A stretch of 64,000 nucleotides of DNA, taken from assembly GCA_965226795.1 (NCBI GenBank), contig CBDDDZ010000005.1, forward strand, positions 1,632,001-1,696,000, given 5' to 3'. Position numbers and translations under genes: made by a program. The notes under the pieces were generated by a model that was given only the letters and a program-made list of their open reading frames with translations, was not told the origin of the DNA and did no database searches. Positions within the stretch are counted from its first letter, which is position 1; each line of letters starts with the position of its first letter. The DNA is from Candidatus Latescibacterota bacterium (GTDB lineage Bacteria; Latescibacterota; UBA2968; GCA-2709665). This document shows positions 29,696 through 39,638 of the stretch, piece by piece.

Positions 29696-29826
29696 ATCCA
29701 ACCTGCCATTGCGGCTTTTCAGAACCTGGATTGACGATTTTCCGTTCTTAATTCCGGCACTGTATTTCGTACGCTCACTTTTTGGAATAATGTAGAATTC
29801 GGCCCAATAATTCAGGCGCACGGCAA

Positions 29827-30489
29827 CTACTTGTCGTCTGCATTCGCCAGCACCAGAGAAACCGCCAGCCAACCCCCTACCGGAATTATATTCGAAACCA
29901 GACGCGGGTGATCCGCCACAAGTCTGTTGTAAGTCTGGATCCCGCGCCTGCCGTCCCCGGCGTCGAGAGCTTCGTGCACGTGGCCGTGGCCATTGGCGTT
30001 GTCGGCCACGATCAGCCCGCCGACCCTGGTATTTTCCAGTGCAAAGTCCAGATACACAGGATAGTTTTCCTTGTCAGCATCGATAAATACGAGATCGAAC
30101 GGCCCTTCCCCTGCCATGTCTTCCATCAGTACGGCCCCTTTTCCGACGCGTACTTCCGCCCGATCCGCCAGGCCGGCCGCGGCGAAGTTCGCACGCGACA
30201 CTTCGGCGTGTTTCGGATCCGCCTCCAGCGAAACAAAACACCCGTCGTCCGGCAGCGCCCTCGCCAGCCAGATACCCGAATAGCCGGCGAGCGAACCGAA
30301 TTCCAGAATTTTTCTCGCGCCGATGGCTTTCGCAAGCAGATAAAGGGTCTTACCCGATTCCGGACTGATGGAAATTCGCGGAAGCCCCTGCGTTACGGCA
30401 TTGGGCATTACTTCCCTTAGTACCTCGTCTTCACGCGCGAACACTTCTCGCCGATAGGTGTCCAGATCGGGATATGTCGATTCAGCCAC
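29827..30489 (-). CDS. Class I O-methyltransferase (catechol/caffeoyl-CoA type)
   Basis: LEFGSLAGYS, FDLVFIDADKENY, IVADN. Confidence 0.9.
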   Translation of the reverse strand: MAESTYPDLDTYRREVFAREDEVLREVMPNAVTQGLPRISISPESGKTLYLLAKAIGARKILEFGSLAGYSGIWLARALPDDGCFVSLEADPKHAEVSRANFAAAGLADRAEVRVGKGAVLMEDMAGEGPFDLVFIDADKENYPVYLDFALENTRVGGLIVADNANGHGHVHEALDAGDGRRGIQTYNRLVADHPRLVSNIIPVGGWLAVSLVLANADDK

Positions 30490-30614
30490 GTCGCCTTCCC
30501 CAATTAAATGCGCCCGCAATCAAGGCATGCGATCCTCAGAACGACCGAACTGCGTGGCCGCAGGCGCCTCCAGGTGGTGTTGTTTTGCCAAAAACCGACG
30601 TCGGCATTCCGCCC

Positions 30615-31622
30615 TTATCGGGAATCGGCCCTCGCGTTCATTAGATATTCGTGAAAATCGATGACGCGCCCCTCGTTCGAAGCAGTCCCTATTCCCTCCA
30701 CCATTCCCACGGTCGCCAGATTGCGGGGTCCGCCGAAATCCGGTTCGGTACCGTCGGTCACATACTTGTAGAACCCGTCCAACAGTACATCTTCCGGCGG
30801 TGGGGCCTGATCCAGAGGAATGATTTCGTCTTCGTCCTTGCCCGGGGCACGCAGGAGCAATCCGTTGTCGGTCAGCTCGAGGGCGCCGCCATCCAGTTCC
30901 ACCCTCAAGGCCGATCCACCCTTGTGGGCCGCGAACGTGCAGAGATATCCGCAAGTCGCCCCACCCTCAAATTCGATCCACGCGTGGACACCGGCGCCAC
31001 CCTTATAGGTGCTCCAGGGCGGATTGAAACTGTGCCCCCACACGCGGACGGGATCGGCGTTGAACAGAAAACGAAGGGTGTCCAGATCGTGTATGCCTCG
31101 CTCCCACAGGTAGGCGTGTTCATCTTCCCCTGAATGGTGAACGCGAGGTCTCCACCCGTACTTGGTCATAAGCCCGAATACAGGCCGCCCGTATGTGCCC
31201 TCCCTCACGAGGCGGTTGAGGGTGACATGCGCAGCCGCGTATCTGGCATTCTGGCATACGGCCACCCTGACGCCCATGTCATCGGCTTCCCTGACCACCC
31301 GGCACGCGTCCGTCAGGCTTTTGGCGAACGGCTTTTCCACGAGAACGTGTTTGCCCGCCCGAACCGCCTGCAGACACTGTTCGGCGTGTAGCTGCGGGGG
31401 CGTGATGACAACGACGGCGTCGGCCTCGACGCTTTCGACCGCATCGACCAGGGACCGATAACACGCGGCTTCAGGCAACCCCGATTCTTCCCGGGCCGAC
31501 CTCAGATTGTCTTCGTTCACATCAACGAGCGCCACGCTCTCGAAGTCCGGCCGTTCCAGCACGCGTCGAACGGGCCACCTCCCCCTGCCTCCAACACCCA
31601 GGTGAATAAGACGAATTGTCAT
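30615..31622 (-). CDS. Gfo/Idh/MocA oxidoreductase
   Basis: GVGGRG, GKHVLVEKP, IHDLD. Confidence 0.9.
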   Translation of the reverse strand: MTIRLIHLGVGGRGRWPVRRVLERPDFESVALVDVNEDNLRSAREESGLPEAACYRSLVDAVESVEADAVVVITPPQLHAEQCLQAVRAGKHVLVEKPFAKSLTDACRVVREADDMGVRVAVCQNARYAAAHVTLNRLVREGTYGRPVFGLMTKYGWRPRVHHSGEDEHAYLWERGIHDLDTLRFLFNADPVRVWGHSFNPPWSTYKGGAGVHAWIEFEGGATCGYLCTFAAHKGGSALRVELDGGALELTDNGLLLRAPGKDEDEIIPLDQAPPPEDVLLDGFYKYVTDGTEPDFGGPRNLATVGMVEGIGTASNEGRVIDFHEYLMNARADSR

Positions 31623-31845
31623 ACCGCCTCCTCGGAGAATTGATTCGGGGGCCTATGCCAATGAATATCCGGTCCAAACATAATATAAGGAACCAACCCG
31701 GATGCCGCACAATTTTCCTGCGCCCCGTCGTCACTCAGACATAACCGTTCTTTATCCTGTTGACATCGACCACTGAATGCACTAATAATGTTTCCAAACA
31801 GCACGTGTATCGCACATCCTGACTCAGACGGAGGTAGGACACCGA

Positions 31846-33333
31846 ATGCTGGACACCGTCGACCTTGCACCAAAATTGACAAAATCGAAATACAAGGAAC
31901 TCAAAACCGGACTCGAATTGAAGCTTGGAGATCTTCAACGGAACGCCAGGAAGTTGAAGATCCCGATCGTTGTCGTTTTCGAGGGCCTGGAGGCCTCCGG
32001 CAAAGGAACCCAAATCAACAAGCTGCTGCTTGCGCTGGATCCCAGGGGCTTTAACGTGAACCCGACCCATCCGGCCAATGACGAAGAGCGCAGAAAGCCC
32101 TTCCTGTGGCGTTTCTGGACGAAGATACCCGAGGGAGGGAGAATCGCGATTTTCGACCGGTCCTGGTACGGACGCTTTTTGGTAGAACGAATGGACAAAA
32201 CGATCTCTGAACAGGAGTGGGTCCGGGCGTACGGCGAAATCAGGTCTTTCGAAAGACAGCTTGTCGACGCGGGCACGGTTATCGTCAAATTCTTTCTGCA
32301 CATCTCCAAGGGGGAACAGAGAAAACGGTTCAGGAAGTTGCAGAGCAGCCCGGCAACGGCCTGGCGAATAACCGATTACGATTGGCAAAAGCACGAGAAC
32401 TACCACACATGCCTGACGGTGGCCAAGGAGATGCTGAAAGAAACCCATTCGGAGTTTGCGCGATGGACGCCTATAGCGGCAGAAAACTGGCGATTTGCGA
32501 ACATCAAGATCTTCAAAACGGTAATTGAAGCCGTCGAAGGCAGGATTCGTCAACTGGAGGACGGCGATGCCTCCACCCCACCAACTCCGCTGAAACTGGG
32601 AAGAACCCCCTCGGGCTTGCTGAAGAAAGTCGATCTGTCACGATCTATGGAGACATCAGACTATCGTAAAGCCCTGAAAAAGTACCAGGCCCGCATCGAG
32701 AACCTGGAATTCGAGGTTTTCCGCCGCCGCATTCCGGTTGTCCTGGTCTACGAAGGCTGGGATGGCGCGGGAAAGGGCGGCAATATCAAACGCCTTGTGG
32801 AGCATATGGACCCCCGAGGATATGAAGTTATTCCCATTGCGGCGCCCAACGACATTGAGTTGAACCACCACTATCTCTGGCGATTCTGGAATCGAATGCC
32901 CAAGACCGGGCACATGGCCATTTTCGACCGTTCCTGGTACGGAAGAGTCCTGGTTGAACGTATTGAGGGGTTTTGTACCAAAACAGAGTGGAAACGCGCC
33001 TACAGAGAAATCAACGAAATGGAAGAACACCTGACCAACTTCGGCACCGTTCTTCTCAAGTTCTGGATGCACGTGGACAAAACCGAGCAGCTCAACAGGT
33101 TCAAGGATCGAAAAAAGAATCCTCACAAACGGTGGAAGCTGGGTGACGAGGATTGGAGAAACCGGGAGAAGTGGGACGAGTACGAGGAAGCGGTGGAGGA
33201 AATGATTCATCGGACCAGCATACCCGACGCACCGTGGGTGATTGTCGAATCCAATTCGAAATATTATGCCAGAATCAAGGTGTTAAAAACCGTTACCAGA
33301 AAGCTGGAAGCGCGTCTCGGCATAAATCACTGA
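31846..33333 (+). CDS. pap: Polyphosphate:AMP phosphotransferase (two-domain class II PPK2)
   Basis: Two PPK2 domains: EGLEASGKG...FDRSWYG and EGWDGAGKGG...FDRSWYGRVLVER. Confidence 0.93.
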   Translation: MLDTVDLAPKLTKSKYKELKTGLELKLGDLQRNARKLKIPIVVVFEGLEASGKGTQINKLLLALDPRGFNVNPTHPANDEERRKPFLWRFWTKIPEGGRIAIFDRSWYGRFLVERMDKTISEQEWVRAYGEIRSFERQLVDAGTVIVKFFLHISKGEQRKRFRKLQSSPATAWRITDYDWQKHENYHTCLTVAKEMLKETHSEFARWTPIAAENWRFANIKIFKTVIEAVEGRIRQLEDGDASTPPTPLKLGRTPSGLLKKVDLSRSMETSDYRKALKKYQARIENLEFEVFRRRIPVVLVYEGWDGAGKGGNIKRLVEHMDPRGYEVIPIAAPNDIELNHHYLWRFWNRMPKTGHMAIFDRSWYGRVLVERIEGFCTKTEWKRAYREINEMEEHLTNFGTVLLKFWMHVDKTEQLNRFKDRKKNPHKRWKLGDEDWRNREKWDEYEEAVEEMIHRTSIPDAPWVIVESNSKYYARIKVLKTVTRKLEARLGINH

Positions 33334-33355
33334 TCCTGTTGCGAGGAGAGTTTGG

Positions 33356-34609
33356 ATGCAAATTAAAGAGATTGATATCACGTTCCTGGACGTGCCGTTC
33401 ACACGACACAGCAACGAACACCTCAAATATTGGCTGCCCCAGTGGCGCATCATCCAGATATGCAGGCTCACGATGGAGAACGGCGTTGTAGGTTGGGGCG
33501 AAACCGTTCACAACTATACCTGGGCCCAGGTGCCCGAACAAATCGAAAGCCGCATACGGAACCGGCCCGCGGCAGAGTTGATGTGGGACGACAGCCTGGG
33601 CGCCGGCGTTCAAATGGCGCTGTTCGACACCGTGGCCAAGAGTCTGGGAGTGCCCGTCTACCGTTTGCTGGGCGAGAAAGTCCGGGACTGGTGCCCTATC
33701 TCCTGGTGGCATATGGACATGCCGCCAGAGGACTGGGCCGTAGAATGCCGGCAGGCGGTGGACGCTGGATATATGAGCGCCAAATTGAAAGCCCGGCCCT
33801 GGTTCGATCTGCATGCGTCGGTTCGGGCCGTACGGGAGGTGGTGCCGGATGGATTCCACCTGGACTTCGACTACAACGGAACGCTGGCGAATTCGGCAAA
33901 TGCCGTACCTCACCTGAAGGAGTTGGAAGCCTATCCCGAGATAGCGATGGTAGAGACCCCGATTCCCCAGAACGACGTGGCGGGCAACCGTCAGATACGC
34001 AGGCGATTCAATCGGCCTCTTGCCATGCATTACGGCAACCCTCCCGCAATCACCGCACTTAAGGAAGACGTGACGGACGGCTTCGTGCTGTGTGCTGGCG
34101 CGTCGCGTTTGTTGAGGCAGGCCGCCGTGTGCGACGAAGCCAACAAACCCTTCTGGCTTCAGCTTGTCGGAACGGGCATCACAACGGCGTGGGCGGCGCA
34201 CCTCGGCGCTGTTCTGGCGCAGGCCAAATGGCCGGCCATCACGTGCATGAACATCTGGGATCATTCGTTAATCGAAATGCCGCACGACGTGCGTGGCGGA
34301 TTCTATCGTGTACCTGAGGCGCCCGGTCTGGGCGTCAACGTCGACAGTGCGGCGTTAACGCGATACGCAGTGTCTCACGCCTGGGTGGACCCACCCCGCC
34401 ATCTCTACCGATACTCCCGTGCCAATGGGGAAATCACCTACTACGCGTGCAACCGACAAGACCTTCACCGGATCTACGTGGAAGACGCACAGCCGATTTC
34501 GGAACCCGGCTCCATTCTGGAAATCGTGTCCGACGACGGCAACGGGACATTCGATCGCCTGTATGAGGCCGCTTCCCGAACGCCGGTAAGGGAAAACGCC
34601 GGGCACTGA
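33356..34609 (+). CDS. Mandelate racemase/muconate-lactonizing family enzyme
   Basis: GWGE, MALFD, KLK, DFDYN, ETP, PGLGVNVD. Confidence 0.85.
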   Translation: MQIKEIDITFLDVPFTRHSNEHLKYWLPQWRIIQICRLTMENGVVGWGETVHNYTWAQVPEQIESRIRNRPAAELMWDDSLGAGVQMALFDTVAKSLGVPVYRLLGEKVRDWCPISWWHMDMPPEDWAVECRQAVDAGYMSAKLKARPWFDLHASVRAVREVVPDGFHLDFDYNGTLANSANAVPHLKELEAYPEIAMVETPIPQNDVAGNRQIRRRFNRPLAMHYGNPPAITALKEDVTDGFVLCAGASRLLRQAAVCDEANKPFWLQLVGTGITTAWAAHLGAVLAQAKWPAITCMNIWDHSLIEMPHDVRGGFYRVPEAPGLGVNVDSAALTRYAVSHAWVDPPRHLYRYSRANGEITYYACNRQDLHRIYVEDAQPISEPGSILEIVSDDGNGTFDRLYEAASRTPVRENAGH

Positions 34610-34640
34610 TCAATTAAATCCCGTCTCCACCTGGAAATCC

Positions 34641-34671
34641 AAAAGGGGCTTCCTTAATGGAAGCCCCTTTT
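34641..34671. terminator. Bidirectional terminator between convergent genes
   Basis: AAAAGGGGCTTCC-TTAAT-GGAAGCCCCTTTT. Confidence 0.9.
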
Positions 34672-34695
34672 CCCTGTTTACCGATTGCATAGAAT

Positions 34696-36003
34696 TCAGT
34701 TTACAAAGGCATCGTAGATGGCTCGCACTGCCCTCTTGTAGTCCGCCTCTTCCACACCCACGATGATGTTGATTTCAGATGCGCCCTGATCAATCACGCG
34801 GACGTTGACGCGTGCGTCGGCAAGTGCATTGAACAAACGGGCAGCGATGCCGATCCGGTGGGACATTCCTTCGCCGACGGTTGCGATGAGGGCCAATCCC
34901 TGCAACAACTCGACGCGATCCGGCTGCAAGATTCGTTGAATATCGTCGACGAGTCGCTCGCCTTTCTCGCCCAGCTGTTCATCACGCATGATAACCGACA
35001 TCGTATCAATTCCGGATGGTGTGTGTTCATAACTGATATCGTGCGACGCCACCACCTCCAGCACCTGCCGGCCAAAGCCTTTCTGCTGGTTCATCATTGC
35101 CTTTTCGATAAACAACATCGTAAATGCCGGCTGTCCGGCCACGCCCGCAATGAGATCGTCGGTCAATTCCCTGCGGGCCAGAATGCGGGTACCCGTGTCC
35201 TGTGGCCGGTTCGTGTTACGAATATGGATGGGAATCCCCGCTGCGCGTACGGGAAACATGGCCTCGTCGTGGAATACCGATGCCCCCATATATGCCAGTT
35301 CTCGAACCTCTCGGTACGTGATTTCACGGACCGGGCGCGCACCCGGCACCAGGCCCGGATCCGCCATCAGCAGTCCCGATACGTCGGTCCAGTTCTCGTA
35401 GACCTCGGCATCGACGGCCCGTGCCACAATAGCGCCCGTGATATCGGAACCGCCTCTTGAAAACGTCCTCACCGCACCGTCCGGATCGCTGCCGTAGAAT
35501 CCTGGCACGACGAACAACCCGCCGCCATGGACCCGCTCCCCGAGGAGGCGGTAAGTGGCGGGGTCAAGTTGGCCACCGGGACGAAAACGAATGGCTTCCG
35601 CCGGGTCGACGAAGGTTGCTTCCAGATAATCGGCCATCACCCGGCCACACAGGTACTCTCCCCTCGAAGCGACGAAATCCCGGGAAGCCCCTTTTCCAAT
35701 ACTTATCTCCAACTGGTCGAGCAACTGGCAGATATCGAGGGAGATTCCCAGTTTTGCCGCCAGTTCTTCATATCGGGCGCGTACCATTGAGTAGGGCGCT
35801 GAAAAATCCAGACTCTGCCTGGCCAGTTCTTGGCACAGGTAAAGCAAGTCGGTGATTTTCGCATCGGCGTCGTTGCGCTTGCCGGGCGCCGACGGCACAA
35901 CAATACGCCGGCGCGCATCGGATTCGATGATTTTTTTAACCTGTGCCACCTGCCGTTCGTCGGCCAGCGAACTTCCGCCGAATTTACAAACGACTGTTCC
36001 CAT
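34696..36003 (-). CDS. lysC: Aspartate kinase
   Basis: KFGGSSLA, VPSAPG, SRGGSDITG, WTDVSG, ELAYMGA, two ACT domains. Confidence 0.93.
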   Translation of the reverse strand: MGTVVCKFGGSSLADERQVAQVKKIIESDARRRIVVPSAPGKRNDADAKITDLLYLCQELARQSLDFSAPYSMVRARYEELAAKLGISLDICQLLDQLEISIGKGASRDFVASRGEYLCGRVMADYLEATFVDPAEAIRFRPGGQLDPATYRLLGERVHGGGLFVVPGFYGSDPDGAVRTFSRGGSDITGAIVARAVDAEVYENWTDVSGLLMADPGLVPGARPVREITYREVRELAYMGASVFHDEAMFPVRAAGIPIHIRNTNRPQDTGTRILARRELTDDLIAGVAGQPAFTMLFIEKAMMNQQKGFGRQVLEVVASHDISYEHTPSGIDTMSVIMRDEQLGEKGERLVDDIQRILQPDRVELLQGLALIATVGEGMSHRIGIAARLFNALADARVNVRVIDQGASEINIIVGVEEADYKRAVRAIYDAFVN

Positions 36004-36114
36004 ACCCGGGTTCAACCTCCGATCGGCGCCCGTTCCCTTACCAGCCCTACGCGTTGCCGGTCTGGCGGCGAGGCACCCGCGTCTTCTTCGAGAAAACTGC
36101 CGACACTCCTCGCG

Positions 36115-37035
36115 TCAGGCTGGATTCCGCTTCTGGTACAGGCGAAGCTCCTTCAGCAACTCCCTCACGGACGTGAGTTCCGGATCGATCCGCAACGCCT
36201 CATTCAATGCGTCGATCGCCTTCTGCAAATCGGACGACCCACCGCCCCGTTCGGACAGCCGCCAGTAGCACAGTCCCAGGACATGATGCGCTCTGGCTCT
36301 GTCGTCCTTGTCCAGAAACTCATAAGCCAGGGCCTTCCTGGCAAGGTCGACGCCTTCCCCGTAGCGGGCGGCCCGGAACGTGTAATACGCTGCGAACACC
36401 CTCGCAAGGGCAATTGCTCCTTCTCCGACGCCATATTCCAGTCCCCGACTTACAACGTGGAGCGCTTCGCCATAACGCCTGGCGCCCTCCAGCATGCGCG
36501 CGACATCGATAGCCTGCCGACACAATTTGTCGCGCCAAGCTTTATCCGTTTCTGTCGGACGAAACTCGTATTTCGACCAGAGACTGTCCTGCTGACCCCA
36601 GATTTTTAGCACAGTCTGTATAATTGTAGGATGACGTGTCATGGCGCCGGATCGGGAGGCCAGGTAAGTATTATTGAAAAAATGTCGACCCAGCGCCCGG
36701 ACAACCGGCGGGTATCCCGGCGCGGCCGAATCCACGCGGGTATAGACTGGCACCCATTGGCCGGCACCGAGGGAATCCGATCCCGCCAGCAAGGCCTGGG
36801 CCTTCAAAAGCTGGTCATGACGTTTCGCCGCCTTTTTTCCGGACGGCGTATCTCCATATTCCCTCGAGATCTCGGCATACTGCGCGATCGTCTCAGGCAG
36901 GGTTTCCACCTGCTCTTCCAGGTCTCTGAATACAACATAATACAACCTCTCCGCCTTCTTCGCTTTTCGGGCCGCCTCGTTGTCGCATCCGGCACACAAT
37001 GCCAGACATAGAAATACAGGAATCACTCTCGTCAT
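36115..37035 (-). CDS. TPR-repeat lipoprotein
   Basis: Lipobox CAGC; helical TPR-like repeats (AHHVLGLCY, ALRIDP). Confidence 0.75.
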   Translation of the reverse strand: MTRVIPVFLCLALCAGCDNEAARKAKKAERLYYVVFRDLEEQVETLPETIAQYAEISREYGDTPSGKKAAKRHDQLLKAQALLAGSDSLGAGQWVPVYTRVDSAAPGYPPVVRALGRHFFNNTYLASRSGAMTRHPTIIQTVLKIWGQQDSLWSKYEFRPTETDKAWRDKLCRQAIDVARMLEGARRYGEALHVVSRGLEYGVGEGAIALARVFAAYYTFRAARYGEGVDLARKALAYEFLDKDDRARAHHVLGLCYWRLSERGGGSSDLQKAIDALNEALRIDPELTSVRELLKELRLYQKRNPA

Positions 37036-37153
37036 TACACATCGCTCCCCGAATTTGAGTTTTGGCGCGCTAATTTGCGAGGTCTCGCGGACATCAGGCC
37101 CGCTCGTGACGTCTCACCGGCTGCGGTATCGGAACCGAACGCATACAACCAGG

Positions 37154-38134
37154 CTACTCGATGTCTGCGCGAATGGGCATCTCCGACGCACCCTTCCGGC
37201 TGATCTTGTCGATCAACCTCCGATTGAACTCGCGTGCCGTATGATATCCCTGAATCTTGAGTTGATAATTCAATGCAATGGCCTCCGCGATAACCGTGAT
37301 ATTCTTGCCGGGATAGATCGGCACGGTCACCTGTGGAATCTCCACGTCGAGAATGGACACCCAATCCTCCTCCAGCCCCACACGCTCGTAGGATTCAGTC
37401 TCGACCCATTCGACAAGCTGAACGACGACCTCCACTCGTTTTTGAATCCTAAAAGCGCCGATACCGAACATGTGCCTGACGTTCAGAATACCAAGACCGC
37501 GGATTTCCATATGATCCCGAAGTGTATCGCCGCAGGTGCCAACCAGTATGCCCTGGAGCTTTCTGGAAACCAGCACGATGTCGTCGGCAACCAGCCGGTG
37601 TCCGCGTTCGACGAGGTCCAATGCGATTTCACTCTTCCCAATTCCGCTTCGACCGGTAAACAGCAGTCCGATTCCGTAAACATCCACGAGGGTTCCGTGG
37701 ATGGCGGTCCGGGGCGCAAACACATCATCCAGATAGTATGAAAAGAGGTGGGAAAACTTTGTGGTCGAGAACGGAGTGACCATCAGCGGGATGCGCCGCT
37801 GCCTGGCTAATTTCACCAGAGTCTGGGGGACCTCGTTTCCGTCGGTAACCACCACACAGGGGATGTCGAACTGGAACACGGTTTCCAGTACCATGCGGAG
37901 TCTGCGGGGAGAAAGGCCGTCGATGTACAACATTTCGGAGTTGCCGAGTACCTGTGCGCGGTCGAACGCAAACAGACCCACAAAGCCAGCCAGGACGAGA
38001 CCCGGACGGTGCACATCACTGGAGGTCAGCTTTTTTTCCGTGTTGTCTTTACCGGCAATCAACCTCAGAGCCAGCTTTTCACCGAAGTGTTCCAGGACTT
38101 CCGCAATTGAGATTTCCTGCACACTGCGCTCCAT
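37154..38134 (-). CDS. hprK: HPr(Ser) kinase/phosphorylase
   Basis: HRPGL, HGTLVDVYG, GRSGIGKSE, LVADD, MEIRGLGILN. Confidence 0.96.
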   Translation of the reverse strand: MERSVQEISIAEVLEHFGEKLALRLIAGKDNTEKKLTSSDVHRPGLVLAGFVGLFAFDRAQVLGNSEMLYIDGLSPRRLRMVLETVFQFDIPCVVVTDGNEVPQTLVKLARQRRIPLMVTPFSTTKFSHLFSYYLDDVFAPRTAIHGTLVDVYGIGLLFTGRSGIGKSEIALDLVERGHRLVADDIVLVSRKLQGILVGTCGDTLRDHMEIRGLGILNVRHMFGIGAFRIQKRVEVVVQLVEWVETESYERVGLEEDWVSILDVEIPQVTVPIYPGKNITVIAEAIALNYQLKIQGYHTAREFNRRLIDKISRKGASEMPIRADIE

Positions 38135-38260
38135 GGTTTGGCGCCACTGCGAGCACGACAACGAGGATTGAATGACCGAATCCGAACGCCCCGGACGCCA
38201 TCAGGCACCCCGACGACCAACGCACATAACCTTTAGATTTATAGGTTCTTGCAGGAGTTG

Positions 38261-38289
38261 AATATATGTCAAAACACCACCACTGTCAA
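38261..38289 (-). promoter_or_regulatory. Sigma-70 promoter for hprK
   Basis: TTGACA-N17-TATATT. Confidence 0.7.
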
Positions 38290-38322
38290 GCAGATGGATC
38301 TCATTGATACAGGACTTCGGGC

Positions 38323-38351
38323 TTGACTTGGTACCGACGAGAGGCTATACT
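38323..38351 (+). promoter_or_regulatory. Divergent sigma-70 promoter for the membrane-protein pair
   Basis: TTGACT-N17-TATACT. Confidence 0.7.
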
Positions 38352-38396
38352 CCGTACACGGTCCGACCGCCGCGATAGCGGAAAATCCGAGGAAGG

Positions 38397-39614
38397 GTGG
38401 ATTCGATGCAAGTAATCGCCAGCTTCTACCTCATCTACGCAATCTGCCTGATCTGCCGAAACCTGTTCGTAAGGCGGAAGCTTGCCGCACCCCTGGACAG
38501 TCTGCGAACAAGCCACCTGCATTTTGTTCCGATCGGGATGGCGGCGGGTTACATCCTAACTATGGAGAGCGAACTTGCAGGGATCGTTGCCGAAATACAA
38601 GAGGGGCTGTTGGGCGTCATACTGGTGTGGTTGGGTATCGTCACCGGTCTTCGGTTCGATTTTCGTCGCCTGGGAAGGCGCACGTCCCGCCACTGTACGC
38701 TTGAAGGTCTTCAGGTCCTGGGAACCGCCGCCATAGTCTTTTTTTTGGCCTTGTTGTGGAGGCCGGTGTTGCGGTACCAGATGGGCATCACGGCCGAACC
38801 CACCCTTATCGCGCTACTGCTGGGTACGCTGGCAACCACGCTCCGGATGCCGGATCGGATATATTACGTCCGATCAGCCCTTGCCACGCCCCCTGTCGAA
38901 AATTCGCCGGCGGGCCCGTTCATCACCAATGCGGTCGGAATGACGCTTCTTACGATTCTGTACCCGTATTGCGCGGGCGGAACCGTTCTCGAACTAGGTC
39001 CCTTCACCCTGGTGAGCACCGGCAGTTTCTGGGCGTTGTACGCGTGCGTGGGGATTCTTCTTGGGCTGTTACTTACCTTTATCTTCGGCACCTTTCAGGA
39101 CGATATCCTGTGCATAATTATCGCGGCCGGTACCGTCGCTACCGTCGGTGGACTCTGTGTAGGAAAGGCGATTCCGGGGGTTGTCATCGGCTTCATCTCC
39201 GGCGTATGGTTCATCAATACGACCACACGGCGCCGGGACGCGCTTGAAATTCTGGAGAAAACCACCGGAATCCTGCAACCCGTCTTTTTCCTGGTTGTGG
39301 GCGGCCTGCTTGCGACACAGAACCTTACTGTGTTACGATTGACGGCTTTCGCCTTTTTGTTCCTTGTAGCCAGAAGTCTGGCGAGGGGTATCAGCCTGAC
39401 GGTTGCCGCCCGCCTGACCCGCTGCCATCTTTCACTCACTGAAATTATCGGCTCTGCCCTCAGGCCCCTCGGGACGTTGTCCGTGGCTCTGGCGGCTCAA
39501 CTTCTCCTATTGGATTCAGGGCCCAATCTTTATGCCCTCATCGCCGCGGTTCTGGTTTCAGCCGCGATTGGTCAGGTGATACCATTGCCCAAACCTCGAG
39601 ACGTTTCCAGCTGA
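38397..39614 (+). CDS. Polytopic membrane protein, divergent cation:proton antiporter (CPA)-like
   Basis: About 12 TM segments; WLGIVTGLRFDFRRL, PVFFLVVG, RSLAR, PLGTLSVALA resemble CPA motifs. Confidence 0.6.
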   Translation: MDSMQVIASFYLIYAICLICRNLFVRRKLAAPLDSLRTSHLHFVPIGMAAGYILTMESELAGIVAEIQEGLLGVILVWLGIVTGLRFDFRRLGRRTSRHCTLEGLQVLGTAAIVFFLALLWRPVLRYQMGITAEPTLIALLLGTLATTLRMPDRIYYVRSALATPPVENSPAGPFITNAVGMTLLTILYPYCAGGTVLELGPFTLVSTGSFWALYACVGILLGLLLTFIFGTFQDDILCIIIAAGTVATVGGLCVGKAIPGVVIGFISGVWFINTTTRRRDALEILEKTTGILQPVFFLVVGGLLATQNLTVLRLTAFAFLFLVARSLARGISLTVAARLTRCHLSLTEIIGSALRPLGTLSVALAAQLLLLDSGPNLYALIAAVLVSAAIGQVIPLPKPRDVSS

Positions 39615-39638
39615 GTCAGAACATACGGAAGGTACCGT

